Below, piece by piece: positions 18,370 to 27,068 of a DNA stretch of 40,000 nucleotides (position 1 is the first letter of the stretch; every line of letters starts with the position of its first letter). Where the stretch lies: sequence record MK905543.1; one strand, given 5' to 3'. The notes under the pieces are model-generated. The model searched no databases. It was not told the DNA's origin and worked only from the letters and a program-made list of their open reading frames with translations. Source of the stretch: Vibrio phage USC-1. A program made the translations under genes and the position numbers.

Positions 18370-19476
18370 ATGCAAACTTTATTTACCGAGTTGAGTTCTA
18401 TGACCAATGCGAGTTACCATTATACAAATGTAACCAATTTATTACGCATGTGTCGATTCAACCAAGAACAGTTTAAAGAGCGGGTGTTGGAAACCAGCTA
18501 CCGCTTACCAAATGAACATCCACTGGTTCAGCTAGTGGAGTTTATGCAGATTGATCCTCATTGGACATCCGAGGAATTAGAACAAGTTATTGAGTTCAAG
18601 CGAGAACGTTGGGCGAGTTCTATTAGTGCTGTCGGTGTATACAACAATGGTAAACTTCACCAAAATGTACTATATAAGCAGGGCTACCGAGAGCTACTAA
18701 TATCTTTGCCATCGCAGTTGAACTTTACAGATTATTTAATCACTAACACCGAAGACATCTGCCCCTTTATACCGGTTTACAGTGATTCTACTGAATTAGA
18801 CTTTCGACCTACTAAGGATAAGCCTCGCGAAGACCCTGACGGTAAGTTTGCCATCATCGGTATCGACTTCACCGCACTTGCGGTTGGGTATTGGCGTTAT
18901 TTGAAAGACGCGGTGACTTACGGCTTTGATCCTAAACCGCACTTATGGTTGCCTAAGTTCCCTTTACTTAATGCTCAACTTCTTGGTAACCGTTTGGTAG
19001 CTTTAAACGCGTTATACCAACACGCAGTCACAGGACGTGATTTCGATGAGTTATTAACAGTCCCACGAACTACTTACGCGATTAATTCCGTAGAACGTTT
19101 GTTAGTAAAGACTGTCGAGAAAATGGATAACTTATTAACTAAGAAGCCATTAAGGAATTTAGACGCGTTGATTGATGATTTAGAGATCTACGATACTCTT
19201 CCAAATTCCCCTAATAACCCGGTAGTATGGAAAGACCCCGAACAATACGGACTTTACCTTAAATCGCGATGGGTTTGGAATTTCTCGTATATGAAAGTCC
19301 TCACTGTTTTATTCCACTATAACCAGATAACTCGAACAAACAATGGATTCTTACAGAGTCATGTTCGTCGATGGTTACGGCAAGACGTTAAATTATCAAC
19401 ACAACAGATACGTAACCCTTTATTAGAGAAACGTTATGTGGCGATGCGAAATGAGTTAGAAAAAAGAATACAGTAA
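18370..19476 (+). CDS. Hypothetical protein (368 aa)
   Basis: Long plus-strand ORF ending just before a strong bidirectional terminator. Internal ATG (MTNASYHY) is an alternative start. Confidence 0.75.
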   Translation: MQTLFTELSSMTNASYHYTNVTNLLRMCRFNQEQFKERVLETSYRLPNEHPLVQLVEFMQIDPHWTSEELEQVIEFKRERWASSISAVGVYNNGKLHQNVLYKQGYRELLISLPSQLNFTDYLITNTEDICPFIPVYSDSTELDFRPTKDKPREDPDGKFAIIGIDFTALAVGYWRYLKDAVTYGFDPKPHLWLPKFPLLNAQLLGNRLVALNALYQHAVTGRDFDELLTVPRTTYAINSVERLLVKTVEKMDNLLTKKPLRNLDALIDDLEIYDTLPNSPNNPVVWKDPEQYGLYLKSRWVWNFSYMKVLTVLFHYNQITRTNNGFLQSHVRRWLRQDVKLSTQQIRNPLLEKRYVAMRNELEKRIQ

Positions 19477-19481
19477 AGATG

Positions 19482-19509
19482 ACTCCGTGCGGGATTACCC
19501 GCACGGAGT
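19482..19509. terminator. Bidirectional terminator hairpin
   Basis: actccgtgcggg-atta-cccgcacggagt, perfect 12-bp stem, between convergent genes. Confidence 0.85.
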
Positions 19510-19511
19510 TA

Positions 19512-21584
19512 TTAGTGTTCGTCACTAATCAGTCGTGTTATCTTCTCATTCACAATAAAGAGACCTAGGGACTCTAATACTGCGTAAACACATTTAAGGT
19601 TTTGTTTAATGATAGCACGGATGTCTGCGGCTTGTATAACTTCCTTAGGGATCCCCTCAGAACCTAAACATTCTTCGGGAACGTAAAGGGTCGTCAGTTT
19701 ACTGGTATCACTAAGGTGAGTTTCCGCTTTCTTTTTAATCTCTACAGGTAGTGAATCTAACCAGCTTTGGATAGAAGCACGGTTGAGAGTCTTAGCATTT
19801 ACTTTAATGGCAGTGTACGGTAATTCCGGAGCATGTCCGTATTGTTCAGCAAAGATTTTCTCCCACAGTACATGATACTGGTAAACAGACGATTCAGGTT
19901 TAGAATAAACTTCTGCATCTTTAATCGTAGACTTTGTCAACCACAACCAATCCCCACGTTCTATATCCGCAATGATTTGTCGTTCGAGTTCTGCCGCACG
20001 ATACAAAATGTCAGCAGCATCCAGTTGACGGTGTTCATGGATGGCGTCTAATACTTCACGCATCAGTTTGTGTGCAAAGGACTTAATGTTGGCAGCGATT
20101 TTGGCAGAGCGTAAATGCACGCCTTTAATCTCCATCTCAACTTCTTTGTTCATCACCCCTTCTACCATCAACTGTGTCGCATAGTAGTGCTTCGACATCG
20201 TTGTAGTAACGTACGCTCCGAACAAATATTCGTTCTTCATGTTTAGGCGGTAACGGAAGCGATGAGCCACATTCATGTTCTCAGAGAACTGTGCGTGTTG
20301 GTGAACGGCGATCATACGAATGAAATAGGTCAGTACACCGTTAGTGCGAAGTGAGGTCGCACGGTCTTTGGTGTATTGATCTACAACCGTATCCACCGTG
20401 TAGATAGAAGAATCCGTATCAGAAGTCAACACTACTTCACGAATCATATCTTTGATGTTGTAAACACCAGATGGTGGAATTTCTTGCTTAAGGAATATTT
20501 CAATGAAATCAAACCACTTTTGCTCACACTCTAAGTGCCAAGCATTAAGGTGGTTGATTTGAAGTTTACTCGCTTTACCGACAATCTTTGAAACACAAAG
20601 GATGTATCGGTCACCCGTATCTGGTTTAGGGTAATCTTCAGCTTTAGCACCTTCCGGTATTTCTGGTACTTTAGAGAAGTCATCAAGTAACTCGTATAAC
20701 GTTTTCTGGTTCGTGACACGAAGACCTTCTAAGTCTAACACACATAGTACAGCGGTTAATTCCACCGGACGGAAAGTGTTGATCAACTCTTCGATGGTCT
20801 GCATACGAACTGCATTACGCCAGTAACGACCTGTAGAGTGACGAATCATGTTCATCACTTCTTCTACAGTCGCGTGACGCATCCCTAACTTATCCATCAC
20901 TTTCTGCATGCGTTCAAGGTCGGTGTATTGGACCGTCGCAATGATGTTTTGTAAGGTGTTTTCAAAAGTGTTATAGAGTCGGTTACCTGCAAGGAATTTT
21001 TCGTTACAGATGTTAGCTGTGGACGTGAGACCACGACATGTTGACGTCATCGAAGTGTGACCGGACTTATTAACTAGCGGCGTACCATTAGACGACATCG
21101 CACCAGACTGAGCGTTGTTAAAGATCTTCAGTGCGTTCTGGATAACGTCGTAGGTTTTCTCTGCCCACTTATCACCACTATCTTTGGCGTCTTGTCGTTT
21201 GTTTTTGTACAACTTACGAAGTTTAAGGAAACGCTCCGTACCGATGGAGTTAACGGATTGTTCTTCTTCTGAGTTCTTGTATCCCACTAGTGATGGACTT
21301 AAGTGGTAGTTGTTACTGTGTACGTTTTTAAAGAACTCACTGGCGGTCATGACTTTAAGTTCACGGTCGCCGTATTTATTTTTCTCCAAGACTTTAAACT
21401 TACGGTCTTGATATTCCCCAGTATTAGGTCGGAATTTTTTCTTAACAATTTGGGCTGCTTGCTCAGCGGTCACCTTAAATCGTTTTTGTAAGTAGGTGAT
21501 CATCTGATCGTGATAATGCTTCACGATGTTTCTATCAGAATGATAATCCGCGTCCACAAAAGGAGACAACATCGGCTGTATCAT
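19512..21584 (-). CDS. Family B DNA polymerase, palm/thumb portion (690 aa)
   Basis: Motif B-like QNALKIFNNAQSGAMSSNGTPLVNKSGHTSMTSTCRGLT; motif C-like VVLTSDTDSSIYTVD; KxY region MKNEYLFGAYVTTTMSKHYYATQLMVEG. Confidence 0.75.
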   Translation of the reverse strand: MIQPMLSPFVDADYHSDRNIVKHYHDQMITYLQKRFKVTAEQAAQIVKKKFRPNTGEYQDRKFKVLEKNKYGDRELKVMTASEFFKNVHSNNYHLSPSLVGYKNSEEEQSVNSIGTERFLKLRKLYKNKRQDAKDSGDKWAEKTYDVIQNALKIFNNAQSGAMSSNGTPLVNKSGHTSMTSTCRGLTSTANICNEKFLAGNRLYNTFENTLQNIIATVQYTDLERMQKVMDKLGMRHATVEEVMNMIRHSTGRYWRNAVRMQTIEELINTFRPVELTAVLCVLDLEGLRVTNQKTLYELLDDFSKVPEIPEGAKAEDYPKPDTGDRYILCVSKIVGKASKLQINHLNAWHLECEQKWFDFIEIFLKQEIPPSGVYNIKDMIREVVLTSDTDSSIYTVDTVVDQYTKDRATSLRTNGVLTYFIRMIAVHQHAQFSENMNVAHRFRYRLNMKNEYLFGAYVTTTMSKHYYATQLMVEGVMNKEVEMEIKGVHLRSAKIAANIKSFAHKLMREVLDAIHEHRQLDAADILYRAAELERQIIADIERGDWLWLTKSTIKDAEVYSKPESSVYQYHVLWEKIFAEQYGHAPELPYTAIKVNAKTLNRASIQSWLDSLPVEIKKKAETHLSDTSKLTTLYVPEECLGSEGIPKEVIQAADIRAIIKQNLKCVYAVLESLGLFIVNEKITRLISDEH

Positions 21585-21642
21585 TATATCACTCCAAGGT
21601 AAAATTTAATTTATGCTAAATCATTAACCTCAGAGTAATGGA

Positions 21643-22080
21643 TTACTTTAAGGTGCGTTTTAGTGTTATAATATGACTTTCAATCTCTTCCTCTAATTTA
21701 TCGAGACGGTCACGTTCTTGTATGATTTTTAGTTTCTCATCTTCAAACTTTTTGAGGGATAAGTTAGCGACGTCATTTACTGACAACGGTAGGGAATAAC
21801 CTTCACCTAAGAAGCTCTTTTTAACTTTGCGTTTTTTAAAGTTACTGTAATTATACTCACATTCATGAGGATGAGAATCACAGTACAGAGTTTCTTTATC
21901 TGAACTTAACAACAGTGGTTTGTCGAGGTTTCTGCATCGAGGACAAAACCACGTTTGTGTTAGATCAAGATGTTTAAAGGGTCCGAGGTACGCCTTTAAT
22001 GATAGGTTGGGAAAATGTTGTTCCCATTCTTTTAATTGTTCTAGGTTAAAATCTAATTCTTGATCTGAGTAGTTTTCCAT
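21643..22080 (-). CDS. Small putative zinc-binding protein (about 145 aa, start MENYSDQ)
   Basis: CPRC...YCDSHPHEC cluster and C-terminal coiled coil. RBS AAGGAAA supports the internal start over the ORF-track start. Confidence 0.65.
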   Translation of the reverse strand: MENYSDQELDFNLEQLKEWEQHFPNLSLKAYLGPFKHLDLTQTWFCPRCRNLDKPLLLSSDKETLYCDSHPHECEYNYSNFKKRKVKKSFLGEGYSLPLSVNDVANLSLKKFEDEKLKIIQERDRLDKLEEEIESHIITLKRTLK

Positions 22081-22117
22081 CTCATTTCCTTGAAAAAAAA
22101 AATAAATATAAAAGATC

Positions 22118-22143
22118 ATCCTACCCCGTTTGGGGTAGGATGG
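22118..22143. terminator. Terminator hairpin
   Basis: catcctacccc-gttt-ggggtaggatg, 11-bp stem, T-rich on the minus 3' side. Confidence 0.75.
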
Positions 22144-22146
22144 TTA

Positions 22147-22554
22147 TTATTCTACATCTTTGATGGTAAAATTCGCACCTAATGAATTCAGTCGATCTTC
22201 AATAGGGTCTTTAAACCACTCAGACCAGTTGGTGATAGTGATAACTTTAGATTTCACATTCACTACTTTAAGTGAGTTTTTCACAATCCAAGTTTCACCA
22301 ATCGCTTCAATGATCCCATTCGGGTGCTTCACCAAAATGTATTGGTAGTCTGTTGGATTGAGGGCCGTTGGGTAAGTAGTCTTAAAGTATGCTTTTAGGT
22401 TCTGGTGTTTAATGTTAATGTCTTTGGTAACTTGCAAGGCTACTGCGTAAGACACGGTACCTTGATAAGTCACGCCTTCAAAGGCACTATTCATTAATCC
22501 AGATTCCACGATGCGAAAACTAATTTTGTCTTCTTCACCTATGTTGTAAATCAC
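22147..22554 (-). CDS. Hypothetical protein (135 aa)
   Basis: ORF in compact minus operon. Confidence 0.65.
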   Translation of the reverse strand: MIYNIGEEDKISFRIVESGLMNSAFEGVTYQGTVSYAVALQVTKDINIKHQNLKAYFKTTYPTALNPTDYQYILVKHPNGIIEAIGETWIVKNSLKVVNVKSKVITITNWSEWFKDPIEDRLNSLGANFTIKDVE

Positions 22555-22583
22555 TGTGATGTTCTCCTCGGTTGGACAGACAA

Positions 22584-22913
22584 TTATTGCCTATAAAAAT
22601 GATCGTAATGAACGCGGTTAACCAACATAATCATTGGACAGTGGCAAACGCCTCCGTCCACTGTCGGTAACATCACCGCCGTGCGGTCTTTCATAATAGG
22701 TACGAACATCTCTAATAAAGTCGTATCCGGTAAGATCAAATTAGTGAGAATAGGATCAGGGTCCCCGTGTTGGTCATTTAAATGATGTAGATGGTCATTT
22801 AAATGAGTTCCCAGCATGTCAGAATTTAACACCCACGTGTCAGGGTCGTAGAGTGAATTAACATACTGGGTTAGTAACGGGTAGTTGACATCAACTAATA
22901 GAAATAAATTCAT
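22584..22913 (-). CDS. Hypothetical protein (109 aa)
   Basis: ORF in compact minus operon. Confidence 0.6.
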   Translation of the reverse strand: MNLFLLVDVNYPLLTQYVNSLYDPDTWVLNSDMLGTHLNDHLHHLNDQHGDPDPILTNLILPDTTLLEMFVPIMKDRTAVMLPTVDGGVCHCPMIMLVNRVHYDHFYRQ

Positions 22914-23217
22914 TAGTTCTATCCCCAGATACTTTAAAGACTATCATCACCGATAATCCCGCCATGCGAGCATCTTCCACTTCCACATTAGCCCATTGTG
23001 ATTTCAAAGCACCGATGTATTCGTTTAACCGGTAAGCTTCTTGCATCAACAATTGCTTAGATTCAGGGATAGGGTGATCGAGCTCTGTATTGGACAAAGA
23101 AGTGATCGTATTTTTAACTTGATGTGCCCCCAACAACTTAGCCACAAACGCCATCAATGCTTCGATGTCGGTTGCGGGTGGTATGCTGAAATTATACGAA
23201 AAAGTATTAACACTCAT
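22891..23217 (-). CDS. Hypothetical protein (108 aa)
   Basis: ORF in compact minus operon, overlapping neighbours. Confidence 0.6.
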   Translation of the reverse strand: MSVNTFSYNFSIPPATDIEALMAFVAKLLGAHQVKNTITSLSNTELDHPIPESKQLLMQEAYRLNEYIGALKSQWANVEVEDARMAGLSVMIVFKVSGDRTNEFISIS

Positions 23218-23590
23218 GGACTATCTCCAACATCATGGCTTTAGGGTATTCAACATTAGGAAGTGGGTTGTAGGCAATCAATTCATTCCCGGAAAGGATG
23301 TCATCAATGTCTTCCACCATTTGAATACAAATAGCCGTGATTTCGTTTTGAATAATTAACCAAGGGAAATCCTCAAACTTTTCTATGATCACAATGGATC
23401 GTAATAAGTTAGTAAACATCCCCGCGATGGCTTGCTCGACTGCGGCCTGTCTTCCAAAGGACACAGTGTTTTCATACGCCGTATAAAAGAAAGCGTGGAG
23501 TAACTCAGCTTGAGTCATCCCCGTGAAATCTGTCAAGCAACGCCTCTGTATAAAGTCCGCTAATGGTTGTGTCTGATATATCGTCAGCAT
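23207..23590 (-). CDS. Hypothetical protein (127 aa)
   Basis: ORF in compact minus operon, overlapping neighbours. Confidence 0.6.
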   Translation of the reverse strand: MLTIYQTQPLADFIQRRCLTDFTGMTQAELLHAFFYTAYENTVSFGRQAAVEQAIAGMFTNLLRSIVIIEKFEDFPWLIIQNEITAICIQMVEDIDDILSGNELIAYNPLPNVEYPKAMMLEIVHEC

Positions 23591-24095
23591 TACATTCCCT
23601 TAGATCGTCTTTATGCACTGAGACTATTAAATGCCCGATGTTTGGTAAAGCTAATTGAACTTCGTGTTCAAATCGGGTATTTGGTGTCATCGAGTACAAT
23701 ATTTGGTAAAAGGCGTAACCGATGTCAGTTAAGATATCTTCTAATACTCCCGCTGAATAATAACGATGTAGTAGAGTCGTTTCATATTCAAGGGACGTTA
23801 AATGAATTTCAAAATCGACACGATCTTGTAGTTTGTTTTGGAAGTAGATTACTTCGTACTTCGAAGGTTCCGAAGGGGCGACACATAGTTTGAACTTTGA
23901 GTCCGAACATATATCCCTAAGGGTTTGATAAATGAGCCCTGCCTTTACATCAGCTATCCGTTCAGTCGGAATTGAACGGAGATCATTATCAAACATTAAA
24001 TCGTAAACTAATTGATTAACTTGGGAAAGGTCGACACTTACTACTTTCGTTTCATTGGACGAGTTTAGAAAGCTCATCTTGGCTAGGGTTGTCAC
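23505..24095 (-). CDS. Hypothetical protein (196 aa)
   Basis: ORF in compact minus operon. Confidence 0.65.
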   Translation of the reverse strand: MTTLAKMSFLNSSNETKVVSVDLSQVNQLVYDLMFDNDLRSIPTERIADVKAGLIYQTLRDICSDSKFKLCVAPSEPSKYEVIYFQNKLQDRVDFEIHLTSLEYETTLLHRYYSAGVLEDILTDIGYAFYQILYSMTPNTRFEHEVQLALPNIGHLIVSVHKDDLRECNADDISDTTISGLYTEALLDRFHGDDSS

Positions 24096-24507
24096 TTACT
24101 AGCTCTCCTAACGATACTGGTGATTCAGGGGCAAATGAAAGTTCTTCAACCGTTGCATCCAAATCCATGATGAGTAATACTTGATGAATGATGCCGTCAC
24201 GGTTCTTCACATTTTTCTCTTCACAGATTTTTATTTTGAGGCGCGAGTCCCAACCCGAAGCACGAGCGTACTTTCGAATCCCCTCCAGCTGCTCGATATA
24301 AATCGTTTCAACTGCTGTGTTATTCCCAAGTAGTGTGGTGAGATGACCTATTCGATCATAAGCTTGGTCGAAGTCCTTAGAATTAAAAACTTCTACAACG
24401 TCTTCCAACAAAGCATGCACATAACCATGAATGGTGAAATTATCGAACCCCATCTTATCAAAAGTGAGTAGGTTCTCCATAATTCGACCCGTGTTGACAA
24501 CGTACAT
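24052..24507 (-). CDS. Hypothetical protein (151 aa)
   Basis: ORF in compact minus operon. Confidence 0.65.
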   Translation of the reverse strand: MYVVNTGRIMENLLTFDKMGFDNFTIHGYVHALLEDVVEVFNSKDFDQAYDRIGHLTTLLGNNTAVETIYIEQLEGIRKYARASGWDSRLKIKICEEKNVKNRDGIIHQVLLIMDLDATVEELSFAPESPVSLGELVSDNPSQDELSKLVQ

Positions 24508-24516
24508 AATTACCCC

Positions 24517-24810
24517 TTATTTAAAAAACATGACTGCATAGCACCCGGGACTAGCAGGACGCACCGTAACCTGAGTGTCGGTGGAAATCCCACTTGATTG
24601 CGCTACGAGTGTGGTATGGATGAAAGTTTTGACTGGGTACAACGTTGCTTCATCACCATACACAATATGACGATTTAAAACGTGGTAACCCAAATCGGTT
24701 AGTGTTTCGTGGATCAAAGCAATTCCATTAAAAACGGAATGTTCGTTTCCAATAAGGTTTGTATAGTCGTTAAGTGCGATGTTCACGACTTTAATACAGT
24801 TCTTTCTCAT
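24517..24810 (-). CDS. Hypothetical protein (97 aa)
   Basis: ORF in compact minus operon. Confidence 0.6.
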   Translation of the reverse strand: MRKNCIKVVNIALNDYTNLIGNEHSVFNGIALIHETLTDLGYHVLNRHIVYGDEATLYPVKTFIHTTLVAQSSGISTDTQVTVRPASPGCYAVMFFK

Positions 24811-24854
24811 TTACGTTCCCGTTTTTAATAAAACTAAAAAATATAAATAATAAA

Positions 24855-24881
24855 CGTATGGCACCTAGAAGATGCCATACG
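24855..24881 (-). terminator. Terminator hairpin downstream of the tubulin gene
   Basis: cgtatggca / tgccatacg, 9-bp stem followed on minus by tttattattta. Confidence 0.65.
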
Positions 24882-24902
24882 TAGTTAAGTCTTACTTAGG
24901 TA

Positions 24903-25868
24903 TTACCAGACCATCCCGGAATTGTCAGAGCCCTCTGTGAGGTCCTTAGAACGGGACTTAGTGAATTGGGTCTGACGTTCTACCGCTTTTTCTTTAGAAC
25001 GCTCCATATCATTGATGATCTGTTCTGTTAGGCTATCGTACTCAAGCATCATGTGTAGTTCACCTGTATCGTTAGGAGTGATCGCATCTGGATGCATTAC
25101 GCCCGTCACACGATACCCTTTACCGATTTGAACGGAACGGATGTCGTTACGAGAGCTGTATAGAGAGAAACTCGCTACCGCACTACCTTGACGTTTATCG
25201 ATAGTCAGACCATCATAGAACTCAATACGAGTAAGAGATGGTGGGATATCGACCGCGCTAGAGTAATCCAACAAATGACGGATGTCCTCGTAGTCTGACT
25301 CTTCGTGTTTATCCGTTAAGAACAGCGATAGTAGGTTGAGACGCTCAACAGCGATTTTGTTTAACTCACCACGAGTTAAAGCTTCGTCGTTTTGTAACAC
25401 ATCCATTACGACCGGCATATCAAAATGCTTACGCTGACCATCCAGAGAACGCAGAGTCGCAATCGTGTTGTCCAGTTCGATGTCCGTGGTTTGATCGATC
25501 ACGAGGAACGAAACTACCGGAATACCTGCTTCCATAAGGGCACGAACTAGGAAAGGACCAATGGTAGAACCTGACGCACCCGCACCACTGTAAATCACAA
25601 CGTTGAAATCCCCCGCTTTATGTTTCACCAACATTTGGTTAACAAAATCAGGAATGAGATCACGATTCAAAGTACGCTTCTTACCACCACCGCGAGTGTT
25701 CGGTGGACACTCTAAAATGAACGAGTCATCATCCGGTTTATTGTTGGTAGACGTATCTAAACCGATGAACTCTACTTTAGAGATAGGAAGGTTTCTTAAC
25801 GACTTCTTCCATGCAGAACCGATGTTAATACCCGCACCACCAATACACCATGCACGTAATGTAGACAT
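24903..25868 (-). CDS. phuZ: PhuZ/TubZ-like phage tubulin/FtsZ-family GTPase (321 aa)
   Basis: N-terminal WCIGGAGINIG; tubulin signature-like VVIYSGAGASGSTIGPFLVRALMEAG; KKRTLNR; acidic unstructured C-terminal tail. AAAGGAG RBS. Confidence 0.8.
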   Translation of the reverse strand: MSTLRAWCIGGAGINIGSAWKKSLRNLPISKVEFIGLDTSTNNKPDDDSFILECPPNTRGGGKKRTLNRDLIPDFVNQMLVKHKAGDFNVVIYSGAGASGSTIGPFLVRALMEAGIPVVSFLVIDQTTDIELDNTIATLRSLDGQRKHFDMPVVMDVLQNDEALTRGELNKIAVERLNLLSLFLTDKHEESDYEDIRHLLDYSSAVDIPPSLTRIEFYDGLTIDKRQGSAVASFSLYSSRNDIRSVQIGKGYRVTGVMHPDAITPNDTGELHMMLEYDSLTEQIINDMERSKEKAVERQTQFTKSRSKDLTEGSDNSGMVW

Positions 25869-25909
25869 ATTAAACTCCTTTAAAGTTTAGTTAAAAATAT
25901 TTAAAATGC

Positions 25910-25941
25910 AAAAAAGCACCATCCCCTTCGCCGGGGATGGT
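25910..25941 (-). terminator. Rho-independent terminator
   Basis: Minus: accatcccc-ggcgaa-ggggatggt-gc-TTTTTT. Confidence 0.85.
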
Positions 25942-26335
25942 CAAAGCAGTGGAACTCAGTGCCAATACTGAAATTACCCGAACTGGATTCTTACGCGGTC
26001 GAAGAACCCAGCCGGCTAGCCTCGGCTTAGCATCCCTTGGTGGAGTGTAGGAGCTGAGGAAACACTCTCCATTTTTAAAGCGGTCAGGGGTGTACCGCTG
26101 TGGACGCTGAGTTAAAGGCTCAAGCGTCCTACGAACAAAAGTAGTGGCTTCTGTCCGAATAGGGTGGTTCAGGGGATGGCTTTAGTGACATCGATGTTGA
26201 CAAGGAGGACTCCCCCCTGAACCAGAATAGTTGTGAGCGGTTGTAATGAAGGAATAACTTCCTAGGTCGGACTCGCGGCATACACCTTTTCTTTTCGGAC
26301 ACGCTAGTCTAGCTAAACCTAATCTTGTACCGCTC

Positions 26336-26347
26336 ACATATAATGTA
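26336..26347 (-). promoter_or_regulatory. Class-2 motif (minus: TACATTATATGT)
   Basis: At the 5' side of the putative ncRNA, just after the AraC-like cascade. Confidence 0.5.
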
Positions 26348-26366
26348 CCTTGGGTTAGGAATTAAT

Positions 26367-27068
26367 TTAAAGACGGGTGTGTTGTTGATAACGTTTAGGT
26401 CCCATTCCATATTTTTTCTCGAACTTCACTACGAAGTAACTAAAGTCGAGGAAGCCTAACTCCTCAGCGAGTTGACGCACCGACTTATAGTAATTAGGTA
26501 GCTTGGCATGCGCTTGATTTAAACGCAAGTCTAATACGAATTGTTTCAACCCAAATCCATAGTGATGATTGATAATCAACTCTATTTCTTGGTGGGTTAA
26601 ACGGAATCGGTCCGAGAGGGTCTGGATACTTAAACCGGTATCTTTGTAATGTTTCTTGACATGATCTAACAAAAACGTCTGACGTTGCACCGTTAACTTG
26701 GGATGGGATTTAAACAAACCCCAAGCTAAATCACTGGTCTTCGGTCGGTTGCGATAATTTAAAGGGTACGTGCCAAATTGCTTAATGAAATTTTCTCTCA
26801 GCGTTTTATGATTAGTGTACCCAATTGCTCTGGCGATAGAGGTTAGGTTAAGATCTGTGTCGTCTAAGAGTTTCTTCGCTTCTAACATTTTTAAATGGGT
26901 GATGTAATCATACAAACTCCCTTCACCTGCATCACGGAATAGTTTAATGACTCTAGTGGGTGAGATCCCTGTTTTCTTTAAAACTAATTCCGAAGCATTA
27001 GGTTCCAAACAATATTTCTTAGCCGCATTTTTGAGCTTCTTGAACTCTCTGGAATTCTTATCAGACAC
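26367..27068 (-). CDS. Tandem AraC/XylS-type HTH protein (233 aa, two domains)
   Basis: LEAKKLLDDTDLNLTSIARAIGYTNHKTLRENFIKQFGTYPLNYR and VRQLAEELGFLDFSYFVVKFEKKYGMGPKRYQQ. Confidence 0.88.
   Translation of the reverse strand: MSDKNSREFKKLKNAAKKYCLEPNASELVLKKTGISPTRVIKLFRDAGEGSLYDYITHLKMLEAKKLLDDTDLNLTSIARAIGYTNHKTLRENFIKQFGTYPLNYRNRPKTSDLAWGLFKSHPKLTVQRQTFLLDHVKKHYKDTGLSIQTLSDRFRLTHQEIELIINHHYGFGLKQFVLDLRLNQAHAKLPNYYKSVRQLAEELGFLDFSYFVVKFEKKYGMGPKRYQQHTRL

Larger units (their letters stand above)
25906..26350 (-). ncRNA. Putative structured non-coding RNA or long structured leader
   Basis: No ORF. Stems: 26166-26175/26214-26223 (10 bp), 26102-26111/26119-26129, 26079-26084/26094-26099, 26042-26048/26062-26070, 25985-25992/26002-26009. 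Ends (minus) with 25918-25926/25933-25941 hairpin followed by a T run (T6 at 25915-25910). Confidence 0.6.

Noticed and set aside
23567-23893. Plus-strand 108-aa ORF
   Set aside because: Antisense to the 127-/196-aa operon genes with no start signal.
25603-25890. Plus-strand 95-aa ORF
   Set aside because: Antisense to the start of the tubulin gene.
25906-26350. Second group I intron or tRNA cluster explanation for the structured region
   Set aside because: No P/Q/R/S core elements, no interrupted gene on either side, and no TTCRANNC T-loop or acceptor-stem pattern found by eye.
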